This document shows positions 62,368 through 64,000 of a stretch of DNA of 64,000 nt, piece by piece (the stretch's first letter is position 1; every line of letters starts with the position of its first letter). The position numbers and the translations under genes are program-made. The notes beneath the pieces were generated by a model, which saw only the letters and a list, made by a program, of their open reading frames with translations, was not told the origin of the DNA and did no database searches. Location: positions 124,001 through 188,000 of IMG/VR virus record IMGVR_UViG_3300042545_001134, one strand, 5' to 3'.

Positions 62368-64000
62368 TTAGAAGTCTAATCTTACTCCAAACACTTGTGT
62401 GCCAATTCTTTTAATTGGTTTTGCGGTTTTAGCAATCACCATAACTTCCTTATTACTGTTCAATAAGGCAACTTCAGTAATTCTTTTATCCGCACCTGAT
62501 GGGTAAGTAGGATTTTGTGTTGTTGTGAACTGAGATGATGGTAAGTTTACCATAAATGTCATTCTTTCTATGTCAGTTGCTCTAACCAATCTAATACTTC
62601 CCGGAAATGGTTGTTCATCACCAAATTGTGGTAATCCAGGTTCGGTTAATGAATCAGATTCATTGGGAACTAAACCTAAATAACTTTCAATATCATATAA
62701 TGTACCACTTGTATACATTGCGTTTGTAACTTTCATTGAAACATTAGTGATATCTAATGGGTCAATTAATTGTCCAACCGTATGTCCCGAAATGTGTGAT
62801 GTGTAATTGATTCTTGTCCAGTTATCATGAATCGGTAGTTCACCTGTATCAGTAACTTGTACCAAAATTTGGAATTGGTTTGCGATGAATCCTGATGACG
62901 CTCCTGAACACACGTTTGTGTTATTCATGAATGGGAAACTATCTTCTCCAAATTTAACAAATAATTGAGATGGGTTTTTTAAACATTCGTCACCATCAAA
63001 TACTTCAATTTTAGAATAATAATTACATGGTAATCCATTTAATTGTGTGTCACCTGTGTAATTGAACATGTATGTTACCCAAATAGTTTGTCCTGTTGTT
63101 GAACCTGTGAAGAATGATTCTCCTGTAGATGTGTCACTCGGAATTAAACTAATTTTAGGTGCTGGTAATGTGTATTTTCTATTTGATTTATAGTCAAGTA
63201 CCGCAATAAGTTCTTGGTCGTCAAAAACAATTGTTTTGTTGTTAACGTAAATCTTACCAACTTTATAACCTTGTTCATCTAACAAATATCTGAACAATAA
63301 TAATTGAGTTGGGTTAATACTTGATTTCATATAGTAATCGGTAGTATCCATTGTAAATAACGCACCAACTGTGGTTCCAGTATTTCTGTGATATTGAACA
63401 AACGGAATATAAACCTCAAAATATTCTAAATCGGTAATTGTGTTCTCATCGGCATCTTCCAATAACGCATCACCTTCAACATTATTTGTTGAGATGTAAT
63501 CATCGTACTTATAAAATCTTTCAGGGTCATTAACTAAATCTCCCAATTCTGAATAATGAATAATCGCAATTGTTCTTTGTTCTTCGGGAGAAACAATAAT
63601 TTTCTCGTCAAATGAATTGTAATAAGATGTAACACCCGTAATTGTTCCACCTGTACTGTTTACCCATGTTTGACCACTTGTTGTGGTATAACCTAAAAAT
63701 TGTTTTGTTGATACGTGTTTGTTACTTGTGAAACCAGTTAGATTTTCATCTAAACCATTAACATCAAATCCGGTTGGTTTTTTATCCCATACAATATTCA
63801 TTGTCCACGAATTTAATTGTTGTGATGGGTCGATATCATTTGGACTACAATACGGACTAATTCCCGCATCTATAGGATATTCATTTTCACACGAATTACA
63901 AATAACCTGAACATTACCCGAACATCCTGAGAAGTTAGGTAAATTTCTATCCACCGTGATTGTGTTTCCACTTACACTGATTACTTGATAAATTAAACTT
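62368..64000 (-). CDS. Large virion structural protein (baseplate/tail-associated), partial at the right edge
   Basis: Frame is open to the window edge (SLIYQVISVSGNTITVDRN...), so the track start at 63954 is internal. C-terminal RITEVALLNSNKEVMVIAKTAKPI..VRLDF resembles tail-collar/baseplate C-termini. Confidence 0.65.
   Translation of the reverse strand, partial: SLIYQVISVSGNTITVDRNLPNFSGCSGNVQVICNSCENEYPIDAGISPYCSPNDIDPSQQLNSWTMNIVWDKKPTGFDVNGLDENLTGFTSNKHVSTKQFLGYTTTSGQTWVNSTGGTITGVTSYYNSFDEKIIVSPEEQRTIAIIHYSELGDLVNDPERFYKYDDYISTNNVEGDALLEDADENTITDLEYFEVYIPFVQYHRNTGTTVGALFTMDTTDYYMKSSINPTQLLLFRYLLDEQGYKVGKIYVNNKTIVFDDQELIAVLDYKSNRKYTLPAPKISLIPSDTSTGESFFTGSTTGQTIWVTYMFNYTGDTQLNGLPCNYYSKIEVFDGDECLKNPSQLFVKFGEDSFPFMNNTNVCSGASSGFIANQFQILVQVTDTGELPIHDNWTRINYTSHISGHTVGQLIDPLDITNVSMKVTNAMYTSGTLYDIESYLGLVPNESDSLTEPGLPQFGDEQPFPGSIRLVRATDIERMTFMVNLPSSQFTTTQNPTYPSGADKRITEVALLNSNKEVMVIAKTAKPIKRIGTQVFGVRLDF

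Noticed and set aside
1-64000. CRISPR array, tRNA or rRNA genes, transposases
   Set aside because: I found no regularly spaced repeat-spacer units, no tRNA cloverleaf or T-loop signatures in the few short intergenic gaps, and no DDE or tyrosine-recombinase motifs.
1-64000. Alternative genetic code (stop-codon reassignment seen in some large phages)
   Set aside because: Conserved enzymes translate full length with code 11, and TAA, TGA and TAG all occur as apparent gene ends.

Overview
This 64 kb, AT-rich and gene-dense window is almost entirely coded on the minus strand, with many TAATG/ATGA gene overlaps. It looks like part of a large (probably jumbo-type) lytic tailed phage. A Bacteroidota host is inferred from a textbook TTTG-N19-TAnnTTTG promoter, A-rich ribosome-binding regions lacking a Shine-Dalgarno, and Bacteroidota-like ClpP, RpoD-type sigma and histone-H1/Hc1-like genes. 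In transcription order (right to left) it holds: a partial structural protein; RuvC-like resolvase, primase, PD-(D/E)xK exonuclease, SbcD/SbcC (gp47/gp46-like), ClpP and a sigma-70 factor; membrane/lysis-like genes and an amidase-like protein; acidic putative head proteins; an N6-adenine methylase, AAA ATPase, thioredoxin and glutaredoxin; tail-fibre-like genes; an array of 11 LamG (ConA-like) lectin genes plus a fibrinogen-domain gene; a 12 kb glycan/modification cluster (methyltransferase, GT-A, two GT7-LamG enzymes, radical SAM, GT10-like, two SGNH-like, UDP-glucose dehydrogenase, carbamoyltransferase); a circularly permuted ATP-grasp/Hint/Cys-rich fusion; and a >=2656-aa repetitive tail fibre that runs off the left edge and is absent from the ORF track. 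The most interesting observations are the ATP-grasp-Hint-Cys-rich fusion (possible self-processing peptide-modification system), an A_AAA_AAG -1 frameshift candidate extending a 4-TM protein, the cassette-like LamG array, LamG domains inserted inside GT7 catalytic domains, and a strand-oriented TATTTAT late-promoter-like motif with an AUG-occluding hairpin. All family calls come from motif recognition by eye, not from database searches.
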